A stretch of 64,000 nucleotides of DNA from positions 179,136 to 243,135 of the forward strand of contig JAWSUE010000001.1 of assembly GCA_033549065.1 (NCBI GenBank), written 5' to 3'. Shown here piece by piece: positions 50,265 through 60,263 of this stretch. A program made the translations under genes and the position numbers. The notes under the pieces are model-generated. The model made no database searches. It was given only the letters and a program-made list of their open reading frames with translations, and had not been told where the DNA came from. This DNA comes from Bacillota bacterium. Its GTDB lineage: Bacteria > Bacillota > Dethiobacteria > DTU022. How positions within the stretch are numbered: the first letter of the stretch is position 1; every line of letters starts with the position of its first letter.

Positions 50265-52470
50265 TATTGACCGTAAGATTCGCCTTACTATTATCTTTGT
50301 AATGAGCGCCGCTATGGCCACAGCGCTTATCCAGGGGTTAGGCTATATAGTTCCAGGGTTTTTTGCCCGATCATTATATGTCTTACTGTTTTTAGCACTA
50401 TACACCGTAATCCATTATTTCCCTCTGGTCTCAATTATTTTTCCATTACTCCTCACAGCCGTGGTTACTATTTTCTTCTGGAATACACCTCTGCTAATTG
50501 CAAAAATTACACCTCTATTTATCATGCCGCAACCATCCGACTCTTTGTTCTGGCCTCTTGCCACAATTTTAGCCATAACTTTATTTCATTACCTGGTAGT
50601 ATTCAAATTTAAAAATACCCTGATTCTTCTCATTGCCGGTCTGTTTGCTTTCATACCCCTCTGGTATCTTTATGTTGACTCAGCATATCCTTCTGCAATA
50701 TTTTATACCACAAGCTGGCTTATGCTAATCAGCTATGAAAGAGGAGCAGGTATCTGGGTAAGAGCAGTAAAAAGCAAGAAGGAAGTAAAAGATTTATCGG
50801 AAATGCGACAAAGCTGGCTTACTTACACGAGCATAATTTTATCAGTTGCCATATTTACTACTTTGATTCTGCCTAAAGAGATAGCTCCATTACCGTTTCC
50901 CAGGCTGCATATCTGGGTTAACCAAAACTTAACTTTCCTGAAAAACCTTAGAACTACTGATGATCCGGATATCAGGGGAGATGGAGGCGATTTTGACCTT
51001 TTTACATTTGGGTTTGAGGAAGGAGCTATTCTGGGCGGTCCGCTTTATCAAGATGATAAAGTTATGCTGGAGGTAACAGGAAAAGGAGGTTTTTACCTCC
51101 AGGGTACATTTCGTGATTACTATACCGGACAGAACTGGATAAACAGCTCTGAATTTATTGAAGGAAGTGATTTCAATAAACCAAAAGAAATAATGGATAA
51201 TTACCTTTCTGAAACCGAACTCACTATAAGACATATCCGTTTGAGAACCAGAACTGTTTTTTCAATCCCCTTTCCGGCTGAAATATCACAGCTGCCCGGC
51301 ATAATGCTGAAAGACAGGCACGGCGGGATAGTAATGTCCCAAAGCATACCTCTATATTACGAATACAGTGTCAATGGACATTACCTCGCCTACAGAACGA
51401 ATTTTTCCCTCTTAGAAGAAGAGAGCGGTATTCCGGAAACAATACACAATTATCTAAGGCTGCCTGTTAGTCTCCCGGAGAGAGTGCATAAACTGGCTTA
51501 TGAGTTAACTGCAGACACAGACGGATACTATGCTAAAATAAAAGCGATCGAGACATACCTGCGCAATAATTATACATATACGACTGAATTACCAAGTTTG
51601 CCTGAGAATAGGGATTTCGTAGACTTTTTCTTGTTTGATCTTAAAGAAGGTTACTGTACTGCATTTGCTTCAGCTTTAGCTATTATGGGCAGAGCTGCCG
51701 GCATTCCAACCCGCTATGTTGTAGGATTTATTATACCTGAATCTCCTTCCACCGGGGGAAAATACCGGATTGCCGGCTCAAATGCACATGCCTGGGTTGA
51801 GGGATACATCCCAGGAATAGGTTGGCTGCCTTTCGAAGCCACACCGGGCTTCAGAACAACTGACGACCTCCCTTTAGCCAGGAATCAGCCATATCATGAT
51901 TTCTCAATCGCACCAGATGGTGACTTCAGAATTGCAACCGCCCGGAGCCGCGAACTTCTCGACTTTGAGGATAATTACTATCCGGAATTTTCAACCATAG
52001 ATAACAGTGTCGATTCGATTAGCTTTCTCAAAGGGTTGGTCCGGGTATTAATTGCCGCTACAGTTATTACCCTGCTTATTATCGGCATCTTTATCTACCG
52101 CCGTTATAAGTATGTAAAGAAAAAGATCCGGAATATGAAAAGCAAAGAACCCAGGCAAAAAATTGTAGCTTTCTATAACTTGTCTCTCCAACTGTTGGAT
52201 AGGATCGTATTGGGTAAAATAGCCGGAGAGACTCCCCTGGAATACAGCCGCAGAATAAAGCGAGATGTTCATTCCTGGACTCTAAATTTCGCGACTATAT
52301 CCGAAGAGGTTAGTGTTGCATTATACAGCAAAGATGAGGTGTCAGAAGATCTGGCTCACCAGGCAGAAATGTTTTTCTTCCATATCTTTGATCGGTACCT
52401 GGCCCAGGTCGGAAAGGTCACTGCCTTTATAGAAATTCTGATCCAGGGCAGGTACTTTACCAGTTATTAA
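50245..52470 (+). CDS. Polytopic membrane protein with transglutaminase-like cysteine-protease domain
   Basis: 'EGYCTAFASALAIMGRAAGIPTRYVVGF...AHAWVEGYI' TGase core (Cys-His-Asp). Six or more N-terminal TM segments. Confidence 0.8.
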   Translation: MAAEQFDIDRKIRLTIIFVMSAAMATALIQGLGYIVPGFFARSLYVLLFLALYTVIHYFPLVSIIFPLLLTAVVTIFFWNTPLLIAKITPLFIMPQPSDSLFWPLATILAITLFHYLVVFKFKNTLILLIAGLFAFIPLWYLYVDSAYPSAIFYTTSWLMLISYERGAGIWVRAVKSKKEVKDLSEMRQSWLTYTSIILSVAIFTTLILPKEIAPLPFPRLHIWVNQNLTFLKNLRTTDDPDIRGDGGDFDLFTFGFEEGAILGGPLYQDDKVMLEVTGKGGFYLQGTFRDYYTGQNWINSSEFIEGSDFNKPKEIMDNYLSETELTIRHIRLRTRTVFSIPFPAEISQLPGIMLKDRHGGIVMSQSIPLYYEYSVNGHYLAYRTNFSLLEEESGIPETIHNYLRLPVSLPERVHKLAYELTADTDGYYAKIKAIETYLRNNYTYTTELPSLPENRDFVDFFLFDLKEGYCTAFASALAIMGRAAGIPTRYVVGFIIPESPSTGGKYRIAGSNAHAWVEGYIPGIGWLPFEATPGFRTTDDLPLARNQPYHDFSIAPDGDFRIATARSRELLDFEDNYYPEFSTIDNSVDSISFLKGLVRVLIAATVITLLIIGIFIYRRYKYVKKKIRNMKSKEPRQKIVAFYNLSLQLLDRIVLGKIAGETPLEYSRRIKRDVHSWTLNFATISEEVSVALYSKDEVSEDLAHQAEMFFFHIFDRYLAQVGKVTAFIEILIQGRYFTSY

Positions 52471-52489
52471 CCTGAAATAGTTGATCATT

Positions 52490-53134
52490 TTAAAAATCTG
52501 GATGCATAAATGACGAAGCAGGATGCTGCAAGTGGCACGACTCATTCATCCTGACAATTATAAAACCCTGCCCTCGTTTATATTCAATCATATGAACCGA
52601 ACAGGGATCCATCTTGATCTTCCAAAAAGACTCAGGACCCGCATTCATGACATGCAGGATAATAAGTTTAATTATAACCCGGTGACTAACAATACCGATA
52701 ATCTTACCCTGATTAGATTCAGCCAATCTCTCAAATTCAGGGAATGCCCTTTCCAGCACTTCTTTCATGGGCTCTATCCCCGGAATATCGTGCTGATGTG
52801 GTGTTTCCCGCCATTTTCGTATTTCTTCCGGATAAAGTTTGGCAAGTTCCCTGTATGGCTTACCTTCCCAGGGTCCGAAGCTCATATCGGTAAGTGCCTC
52901 CCGGGGCTGTGGTTTTATATCTCTGCTGTTACAGATTGCCTCTGCAGTCTGCATCGCCCGGGAAAGCGGTGAACTGTAAATCGCACTAAACTCCAAATCG
53001 ATTAACATTTCTGCTGTGGCCGCGGCCTGAAGCAAACCATGATCATTTAAGGGAACATCACTTCGTCCCCTGAATATTTCTTCCTTATTCCAAACGGTCT
53101 CGCCATGCCTGATTAGAACAATTCCTGTATCCAT
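52490..53134 (-). CDS. Histidine phosphatase family protein (phosphoglycerate mutase-like)
   Basis: 'LIRHGETVWN' RHG motif. Confidence 0.8.
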   Translation of the reverse strand: MDTGIVLIRHGETVWNKEEIFRGRSDVPLNDHGLLQAAATAEMLIDLEFSAIYSSPLSRAMQTAEAICNSRDIKPQPREALTDMSFGPWEGKPYRELAKLYPEEIRKWRETPHQHDIPGIEPMKEVLERAFPEFERLAESNQGKIIGIVSHRVIIKLIILHVMNAGPESFWKIKMDPCSVHMIEYKRGQGFIIVRMNESCHLQHPASSFMHPDF

Positions 53135-53333
53135 AGAATAGTAATCCCCCTGAATTAAATTAATTACTGAAATAAAATAATCATTCCTAACATTAATTAG
53201 TTTATTTAAATAAAACTTGCCCTGATCCTTTATAATAAAAATATTTCCAGCTATGCCCGATGGAACAAAAAAGGTTATTTAATGATCAGAAAGAATAGGT
53301 TACATAATCTTAATCCTCTGGAAGTGATGAATA

Positions 53334-54290
53334 ATGAAAAACATCTCTATTTGCCTGTTACTGATATTATCAATATTTCTTTTCACAACATCGTGTACTG
53401 AAACAGACAGTCAACTTCCCGAAGTTTCCCCGGAAGAAGTTGCGGATAATGATGAAGCAGTAGACTTTGACAACAGCCAGGTAGAAGAACCGGAATTTAC
53501 ATTCCCCGAACCGAGTGCAGTAGAAAACAACTATCATTTAGAAGAGGCTTTCCCTGGTCTATTTTTTACACGACCGCTGGATCTACAGAATGCAGGTGAT
53601 GGAAGCGGTCGCTTATTCGTGGTAGAACAGGCAGGGATGATCTATGTTGTTGAAGGCCCGGCTTACTCCGAAAAAGAGGTTTTTCTGGATATCCGTGACC
53701 TGGTTGATGACAGTGGCAATGAAATGGGTCTTCTTGGTCTTGCTTTTCACCCCCAATATATAGAAAATGGTTATTTTTATATAAACTATACCGACAGATC
53801 AGGTACGGTAATAGCCAGATTTAATGCTTCCGGTAATATCGCAGAACCAGCCAGTAGAAAAACTATTATGAGTTTCAGCCAACCATACCGAAACCACAAC
53901 GGAGGTCAGTTATCCTTCGGCCCGGATGGTTATCTCTATATTTCTACCGGTGATGGAGGAAGTGGGGGAGATCCCCAGGGACATGGCCAAAACCTTCAGA
54001 CCATTCATGGCAATATCCTGCGGATTGATGTTAACAGTGAAAGATCTGAAGATAATTATACAATACCTCCCGACAATCCTTTTACAAACAGTGATGAGGG
54101 TGCCCTCGAAGAAATATACGCTTACGGATTGCGTAATCCATGGCGCTTCAGCTTTGATCCGATGACCGGGAATCTCTGGGCAGCAGATGTTGGCCAGAAT
54201 AGAGTTGAAGAGATAAACATAATTGATGAAGACCTAAAGATCTATTTGACAGCATTTGACGGAAAAGTTTACAGGCTAAAAAAGAATTAG
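53334..54290 (+). CDS. PQQ-dependent sugar (glucose/sorbosone) dehydrogenase-like lipoprotein, apparently C-terminally truncated
   Basis: Lipobox 'TTSC'. Beta-propeller motifs 'LGLAFHP' and 'NHNGGQLSFGPDGYLYISTGDGG'. Only ~250 aa of propeller where about 330+ are expected. Ends 27 nt before tRNA-Arg. Confidence 0.55.
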   Translation: MKNISICLLLILSIFLFTTSCTETDSQLPEVSPEEVADNDEAVDFDNSQVEEPEFTFPEPSAVENNYHLEEAFPGLFFTRPLDLQNAGDGSGRLFVVEQAGMIYVVEGPAYSEKEVFLDIRDLVDDSGNEMGLLGLAFHPQYIENGYFYINYTDRSGTVIARFNASGNIAEPASRKTIMSFSQPYRNHNGGQLSFGPDGYLYISTGDGGSGGDPQGHGQNLQTIHGNILRIDVNSERSEDNYTIPPDNPFTNSDEGALEEIYAYGLRNPWRFSFDPMTGNLWAADVGQNRVEEINIIDEDLKIYLTAFDGKVYRLKKN

Positions 54291-54317
54291 AACCGGAAAT
54301 TCTGTCCGGTTCCAATT

Positions 54318-54395
54318 TGGTGCGCCCGGCAGGATTTGAACCTGCGACCTGCTGATTCGAAGTCAGTCACTCTATCCGGGCTGAGCTACGGGCGC
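54318..54395 (-). tRNA. tRNA-Arg (anticodon UCG)
   Basis: Minus strand GCGCCCGUAGCUCAGCCCGGAUAGAGU...CUUCGAA...GGUUCAAAUCCUGCCGGGCGCACCA. Confidence 0.75.
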
Positions 54396-54423
54396 ATATA
54401 TTAAGTCTGGATTTATTAAATTA

Positions 54424-55374
54424 TCAGTTAATATCTGTCCTCGCCACGCGAAAACCGAGGCGATATATCTTATCATGAGGAGAGCGATAAAACCGGCAGG
54501 CTACACGGCAATCATTTGCCCCAAAAATCCAGCTACCCCCGCGCATAACCCGGACATGGCCGGTTAACGCACCAACGGGATTGACTACTTCTTGATCCGG
54601 ATACAGATCGTAGTAATCATGGCACCATTCCCAAACGTTTCCACTCATGTCGTAAATCCCGAGTTCGTTTGGCATTTTCTGCCCTACCGGCTGGGTTGAC
54701 TTTCCTTCATATAAAGTGGCACCATGCCTGGAATAATCAACTTGCAGTGAAGACCCGGTATATTTCCATTCATCTCCCGAATTATTGAAATACCATGCAA
54801 CCTCATCTATATCATCGCTTCCGGCGTAGAGGAATCTTGGTGGTGTGGGCAGGGCTTCGTGACCACCCGAAGCTGCATACTCCCACTCTGCATCAGTAAG
54901 CAAACGATAACCTTCCACTTTAGTTATGTCAGTCGTCACTTCACCATTTACATCAAGTAATTCACCATCTTGACTGTAGGCTGGTTTTAACTTTTCCTGT
55001 TCACTTAACCAGTTGCAGTAGGCCACTGCATCCCACCAGTTGACATGGATTACCGGCCGATCCTCCCGACCCCAACCGTGATCATAGGCAGGGTTTCTTT
55101 CTGTTGACCGGCAAAAATCATCATATTCATTAAATGTTACAGGATATTTGCCAACCCAATAATCATAAGTAAAAGTAACAGCATGCACCGGTTTCGTGCC
55201 ATCCCAGAGATCCCCGATCTCGTCACCCATCTTAAAGCTGCCGGCTTTGACCAGAATCATATCAGGGGCGACATGTTTATCGCTGCTGCAGCCGATCAAG
55301 GCAATTTTAAACAGAAGAATGGTGATCAGAACAATCGTTTTTAAAATAAAAGTGCGCTGCTGCCGGTAATCCAT
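54424..55374 (-). CDS. Formylglycine-generating-enzyme (FGE/SUMF1) family lipoprotein
   Basis: C-terminal 'RVMRGGSWIFGANDCRVACRFYRSPHDKIYRLGFRVAR' FGE-sulfatase motif. Confidence 0.7.
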   Translation of the reverse strand: MDYRQQRTFILKTIVLITILLFKIALIGCSSDKHVAPDMILVKAGSFKMGDEIGDLWDGTKPVHAVTFTYDYWVGKYPVTFNEYDDFCRSTERNPAYDHGWGREDRPVIHVNWWDAVAYCNWLSEQEKLKPAYSQDGELLDVNGEVTTDITKVEGYRLLTDAEWEYAASGGHEALPTPPRFLYAGSDDIDEVAWYFNNSGDEWKYTGSSLQVDYSRHGATLYEGKSTQPVGQKMPNELGIYDMSGNVWEWCHDYYDLYPDQEVVNPVGALTGHVRVMRGGSWIFGANDCRVACRFYRSPHDKIYRLGFRVARTDIN

Positions 55375-55424
55375 CCAGTTCCTCCAAAGGCAAAGAACAA
55401 ATTAAAAGTAAACTACTGCATAAG

Positions 55425-56303
55425 CTATTCCCCACTGACCTGGAGATACCAGTCCAGTATTTCCTCTCCGGTCATAAAGATAACTCCCTGGTGCTGCTTC
55501 GCATATTCAAAGACCTGTCTGAAATACTTGATACGGTGAGCAACACCCGATACATAAGGATGAACAGAAATGCACATTATTTTTGGCAGAACAATACTTT
55601 CAGCGTATAGAGTATCAAATTGATCACGGGCTCTTTCAAAAAGTTCATGTGATGGCCGCTGTTGGATTAAATGCAGCACTATGTCATTCAGTTCAAGAGT
55701 ATAAGGAAGAGCATATAACCTTCCAGATTTAGTATTTAATTTATAGGGTAGATCATCATTCACCCAGTCCGCAACATATTCAATACCTTCCTCAGCCAGG
55801 ATATCCAGGGTATATTCAGTCTCGGAAAGACCCGGGCCCATCCACCCCCGCATCGGTTTATTGGATGCTTTTTCAAGCAGTTCACGGGTCATCCTGATTG
55901 ACTTTCTTTCATCTGGTTCCTTGCTCATAACCTGCTGAAGATAGTTGTGCCCCAACAGTTCCCATTTACTCTCCACAAACTTTCCAACCATTTTAGGGTG
56001 GGTTTCACAAAGTACACCGTTAATGCTTGCCGTTGCGCGAATTCCAAGTTCGTCAAGAACATCTTTGATACGCCAAATCCCTACACGCAACCCGTATTCA
56101 AACCAGCTGTAGTTAGCCACATCTGGGACGACCGGAATACCCTGGGGGTAAGGTAGTAAAGTCCGGGGAAGAGGGGCGTTAAAATCCCATACTTCCACGT
56201 TTACTACAGGCCAGATTACCATTCGCGCCTCTCCGGGCAGTTTGATCGCAGGTCTTTCATTTATCGGTTGATATTCAACTCTGCTGCTGGTATACTCAGG
56301 CAA
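55425..56303 (-). CDS. Polysaccharide-deacetylase-family protein (PuuE allantoinase-like)
   Basis: Collinear with PuuE: 'SWFEYGLRVGIWRI', 'LLGHNY', 'DWVNDDLPYK'. Confidence 0.6.
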   Translation of the reverse strand: MPEYTSSRVEYQPINERPAIKLPGEARMVIWPVVNVEVWDFNAPLPRTLLPYPQGIPVVPDVANYSWFEYGLRVGIWRIKDVLDELGIRATASINGVLCETHPKMVGKFVESKWELLGHNYLQQVMSKEPDERKSIRMTRELLEKASNKPMRGWMGPGLSETEYTLDILAEEGIEYVADWVNDDLPYKLNTKSGRLYALPYTLELNDIVLHLIQQRPSHELFERARDQFDTLYAESIVLPKIMCISVHPYVSGVAHRIKYFRQVFEYAKQHQGVIFMTGEEILDWYLQVSGE

Positions 56304-56468
56304 TTGGGTTCCCTCCTCGGATGTTCAGATATACCTTTAATATTATAACCGTTACAAAAAGACCAGTCCATATCCCACAATGTTAATACAGTAATAGTTC
56401 GGGAGTCATCAAAGCCTGGTTACGGTGTCGGGAGGGAAAACTCGGGAATATTCCCTTAAAAGATGAAA

Positions 56469-57098
56469 TCAACTTAAAGGTTTGCAAATGTACCAGGAAG
56501 CTCTTTTATCTACATGGATTACTTTTACCTCGGAAAAACAGTTCTTCATCTCTGTAACACAATCTCGCATCTCTGGTTCAGCATGCTTAATAAAATGGAA
56601 GTAATCGCCGCCTTCCAGCCATTCAATGACTGTTACTGGCAAAGATCTTTTATCGTTATAGTCATATATTACAACCCAGTGTTCGGCGACGCGACTCATT
56701 TCAGCATACATCTTTCTTCGTTCCTCAGACTTCAATCCATGGGCCACATAAGAAGCAACAGCAATATCAAAACTTTTATCCTCTACAGGCAATGTTTCCA
56801 AAACGTCGGCCTGAATAAAATTAATGTTGATATTTTCCGGTTTAGCCATGGCTATATCGAGCATTTTCTTTGCCGGATCAATTCCGGTCACAGTCAAACC
56901 CATTTCATACAGGACTGAACATAACGCACCTGTTCCACAGCCAATGTCAATAATTGTTCTGAAGGATGCTATATCCAGATCTTTCTCTACCCCCTTCAGA
57001 ACCTCGGAATATCGCTTTTTCTGTATATTATAAAATAATCCATAGGCGGGTGCTATCAAATTAAATAAGAAAGTACTATTGCTTTTAGCCAATTGCAT
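56469..57098 (-). CDS. Class I SAM-dependent methyltransferase
   Basis: Motif I 'IIDIGCGTGAL'. Confidence 0.75.
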   Translation of the reverse strand: MQLAKSNSTFLFNLIAPAYGLFYNIQKKRYSEVLKGVEKDLDIASFRTIIDIGCGTGALCSVLYEMGLTVTGIDPAKKMLDIAMAKPENININFIQADVLETLPVEDKSFDIAVASYVAHGLKSEERRKMYAEMSRVAEHWVVIYDYNDKRSLPVTVIEWLEGGDYFHFIKHAEPEMRDCVTEMKNCFSEVKVIHVDKRASWYICKPLS

Positions 57099-57197
57099 AC
57101 ACCTCTTATAATAATCTTAACAATTTATGCAGAATCAAGCCAGTAGGCGCTGTTGTTGGATAGAGTTTCGAATGTTCACTTTCAGAAACCATTATTT

Positions 57198-57279
57198 TGG
57201 TGCGCCCGACAGTTAATACCTCTGACCTATCGATTTGTAATCCTGAATGAGAACATGGCTAATAGACTTCTGCGCACTC
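57198..57279 (-). repeat. tRNA-Arg-like degenerate remnant (copy A of a tRNA-derived repeat)
   Basis: It ends with the identical 11-nt tRNA-Arg 3' terminus CGGGCGCACCA and shares AGGUC-GAGGU with the intact tRNA-Arg, but it does not fold as a tRNA. Its 5' ~38 nt recur at 60071-60109. Confidence 0.45.
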
Positions 57280-57401
57280 TTTTTATTAATATTTAGTTAA
57301 TTATTCTAGCCCATGTCTGCTTGCTTTACAAGCAGGGTAGAAATAAAAGTAGCTTATTAAAATGTAAATATCTGTAGCGGTGTGATCCTTTTCATGAGGA
57401 G

Positions 57402-59951
57402 GTGCTTCCATTGGTTGAAAAGAAAGCTTTCCAGGTACCTATTGATGTAAAGAGTGATCAAATAAATAGAAAAAAAATCCCACGCAGGAAAAAACACCGT
57501 GTGATAATGATAATTATTCTGATCTTTTTCCTATCATTTTTGATCACCGGTGGCGCTGCTGCAACAGTGGTAGTCAGCTATATTAATGAGGCTCCGTACA
57601 TCGATCACTCACTATTAGAAACCCCGGAAACTTCATATCTTTACGATATCAATGGCGAAGAGATTACCCGGTTACATGGCGACCAGAACCGTATTACGGT
57701 TAAACTGGAAGAAGTACCTGAACATGTTCTACAGGCATTTATCGCTATTGAAGATGAGCGCTTCTATCAACATTTCGGTTTTGACATCATCGGTAGCATC
57801 AGGGCTGCCTACATCAATCTAAAAGCCGGATCCATTGTGCAAGGTGCAAGTACCATATCTCAACAGCTGGCTCAAAATGCTTTTTTAACTACTGAAACCA
57901 GCTATAAACGTAAAATTCAGGAGATCTGGCTGGCTATTCAGCTAGAGAAAGTTTACAGTAAAGAAGAGATCATGGAGCTTTACATAAACCGGATCTACTT
58001 TGGCAACACAGCCTATGGGATCGAGGCTGCCGCTCAAACTTATTTCGGAAAGAGTGTTATGGAATTAAACATAGCGGAGTCGGCAATGCTGGCCGGCGCA
58101 GTGCGATCGCCAAATTACTACAACCCTATCGATAACAAAGCTGCCGCTGAAGAACGTATGCGTAGTGTTTTGGTCAATATGGTCAGGCTTGGTTTTATTT
58201 CAGAATCTCTGTATGGACGAATAATTGAACAAGGACTCAATTATACAGAGTCAGATAGCGCCAATTACCCATATCCCTACTTTGTCGATTATGTTGTTCA
58301 TAACGAGTTGATAAAGATTCTGACTACAATACCTTCAATCGGAACCCGTGAGGAAGCTTACAAGACTATATATAATGGCGGCTTACATGTCTATACCACC
58401 CTGGATCCACTAATTCAAAGCCATGTGGAAAACGTTTTGGAGCAGACCGTTCTTTACCCTACAACAATCTATGTCGATATTGCAAAGGCAAGGGAAGCAA
58501 TATCCAAACTGCTTCCGGACGAGGAACTGTCAAGCAGCCAGTTAGAGGAACTTATAAATGAAGAAAACGGCATACCACAGCCCCAGTCAGCAGTAGTCGT
58601 TGCTGATCCAGGTACCGGTCAAATAAAAGCTCTGGGCGGGGGGCGTGAATACAGCAAGGGTACAAACGAGGTACTACGCTTTATCAGCCTACGCCAACCC
58701 GGTTCTGCAATTAAGCCGATTATCACTTACAGCCCTGCCTTCGAGGAGGGAATCCTGGCCGGAGCCAGCTCAACTCTGGATGATTCTCCTTATATCGGTC
58801 CACGGGGGGACTGGTTTCCGGAAAATTTTGACTACCAGTTCCGTGGAATGATCCCGGTCAGAAAGGCTTTGATCTATTCATATAATTTACCGGCGGTTCG
58901 CGCTTTCGAAGCGCTTGGCACCCGAACCGGCGCAGCATACGCAGAAAAGATGGGTATTTCAACCATAACCCCGGAAGAGATAGACAACTTAAGCCTGACC
59001 CTTGGAGGCTTTCATATAGGAGTCAGCACTGTTGCTATGGCCCAGGCTTACGGAGTCCTGGCTAACCAGGGGTTAAAAGTTGACCTGCACACTGTTGAAA
59101 AAATTATAGACCGGCAGGGAAATATAATATATGAATTTAAACCTGAGCCGGAAAAGATTTTAAGCCCTCAAACTGCATTCCTGATCAACGACATCCTGCA
59201 GGAATTCGTGACCGATTATCTCGGCCGGGAGCTGCGAATCGATCGACAGATTGCCGCCAAAACCGGCACTACTAATGATTGGAGAGATGTTTATCTTGTT
59301 GCTTATACACCCAACCTGGTTACCTCTTTCTGGATGGGTTATGATGAGCCGAGGATAGGCAGAATTGAACAGGGTTGGCGATACTCAACCAGATTTTTAC
59401 GTGAAGTTTTTTTGGAAGTTTTTAAAACACTGGAAATAAAGGAATTCGAACAACCGGACGGGATCGTCAAAATGTCGGTCTGCAATAAATCAGGGTTGAA
59501 GCCAAATAGTGACTGCAATGCAGCCGGAACCATAATCCGCGATTACTTCATAGCCAACCTGGCGCCCACAGCAACCTGCAATATGCATGAAAACGGTTAT
59601 TATAATCGTCCACCATATATTACAACAGATCAACGTTGGTCAGGTAAAGGCGGACCTGGAAGAGGGCCCAAAGATGCCATAGAAATGCTTTCCGAGGAAG
59701 ATGCCATGGCGAACACTGGCTTTTTTGTCCAACAAACTACAGGGCTTGCCCAAGTGCCTGATGTACGAGGGGAAAATCTACAAATTGCTGAGACACAGAT
59801 CAATCGGGCAAACCTAAGAGTGGGTAATATTGAAAAGCAATATAGCACTGAAGTTTCTGCTAACCGTGTGATCCGGCAATCGCCCAAACCCGGAACAATA
59901 GTGAACAGGGATAGTAAAGTTCACCTGATCGTTTCTAAAGGCCCTCAGTAA
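57402..59951 (+). CDS. Class A penicillin-binding protein (PBP1A: transglycosylase + transpeptidase + C-terminal PASTA)
   Basis: GT51 motifs 'EDERFYQH' and 'GASTISQQLA'. TP 'SAIKP' and 'KTGTT'. The start could instead be the TTG at 57411, 10 nt after the GAGGAGG RBS. Confidence 0.9.
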   Translation: MLPLVEKKAFQVPIDVKSDQINRKKIPRRKKHRVIMIIILIFFLSFLITGGAAATVVVSYINEAPYIDHSLLETPETSYLYDINGEEITRLHGDQNRITVKLEEVPEHVLQAFIAIEDERFYQHFGFDIIGSIRAAYINLKAGSIVQGASTISQQLAQNAFLTTETSYKRKIQEIWLAIQLEKVYSKEEIMELYINRIYFGNTAYGIEAAAQTYFGKSVMELNIAESAMLAGAVRSPNYYNPIDNKAAAEERMRSVLVNMVRLGFISESLYGRIIEQGLNYTESDSANYPYPYFVDYVVHNELIKILTTIPSIGTREEAYKTIYNGGLHVYTTLDPLIQSHVENVLEQTVLYPTTIYVDIAKAREAISKLLPDEELSSSQLEELINEENGIPQPQSAVVVADPGTGQIKALGGGREYSKGTNEVLRFISLRQPGSAIKPIITYSPAFEEGILAGASSTLDDSPYIGPRGDWFPENFDYQFRGMIPVRKALIYSYNLPAVRAFEALGTRTGAAYAEKMGISTITPEEIDNLSLTLGGFHIGVSTVAMAQAYGVLANQGLKVDLHTVEKIIDRQGNIIYEFKPEPEKILSPQTAFLINDILQEFVTDYLGRELRIDRQIAAKTGTTNDWRDVYLVAYTPNLVTSFWMGYDEPRIGRIEQGWRYSTRFLREVFLEVFKTLEIKEFEQPDGIVKMSVCNKSGLKPNSDCNAAGTIIRDYFIANLAPTATCNMHENGYYNRPPYITTDQRWSGKGGPGRGPKDAIEMLSEEDAMANTGFFVQQTTGLAQVPDVRGENLQIAETQINRANLRVGNIEKQYSTEVSANRVIRQSPKPGTIVNRDSKVHLIVSKGPQ

Positions 59952-60070
59952 CTGACATACTATATATTACCACAAAATAATAGCCTTAGCTTTAACAACA
60001 TCGCCATTCAGACATAAATTATGTAGTAACGCATGATCACTCAAACATTTAAAAATCTTTCTTACTACTA

Positions 60071-60109
60071 CCTAATGACGGGAACTGTGCTTATAGACTT
60101 CTGCGCAGC
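60071..60109 (-). repeat. Copy B of the tRNA-derived repeat (5' portion only)
   Basis: About 30/38 identical to 57242-57279, including the core TAGACTTCTGCGCA. Same orientation. Confidence 0.45.
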
Positions 60110-60263
60110 TAACAGAATATCATTTAAAAAGAAGATTATGTATTCAATAAGTGAAATATCCGTGATACCTCGCTGCTGTGGTTAGTAATCAGCCCTGGAT
60201 AAGGGTTGATCCGATCACTATCAAAAACGACTGCTGATGAGTTAAATAGTATTAATAAAAGGA

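Noticed and set aside
57198-57279. Copy A as a functional tRNA gene
   Set aside because: Only the acceptor 3' strand and the variable-loop region resemble tRNA-Arg. There is no T-loop (GGTATTAACT instead of GGTTCAAAT) and no cloverleaf pairing.
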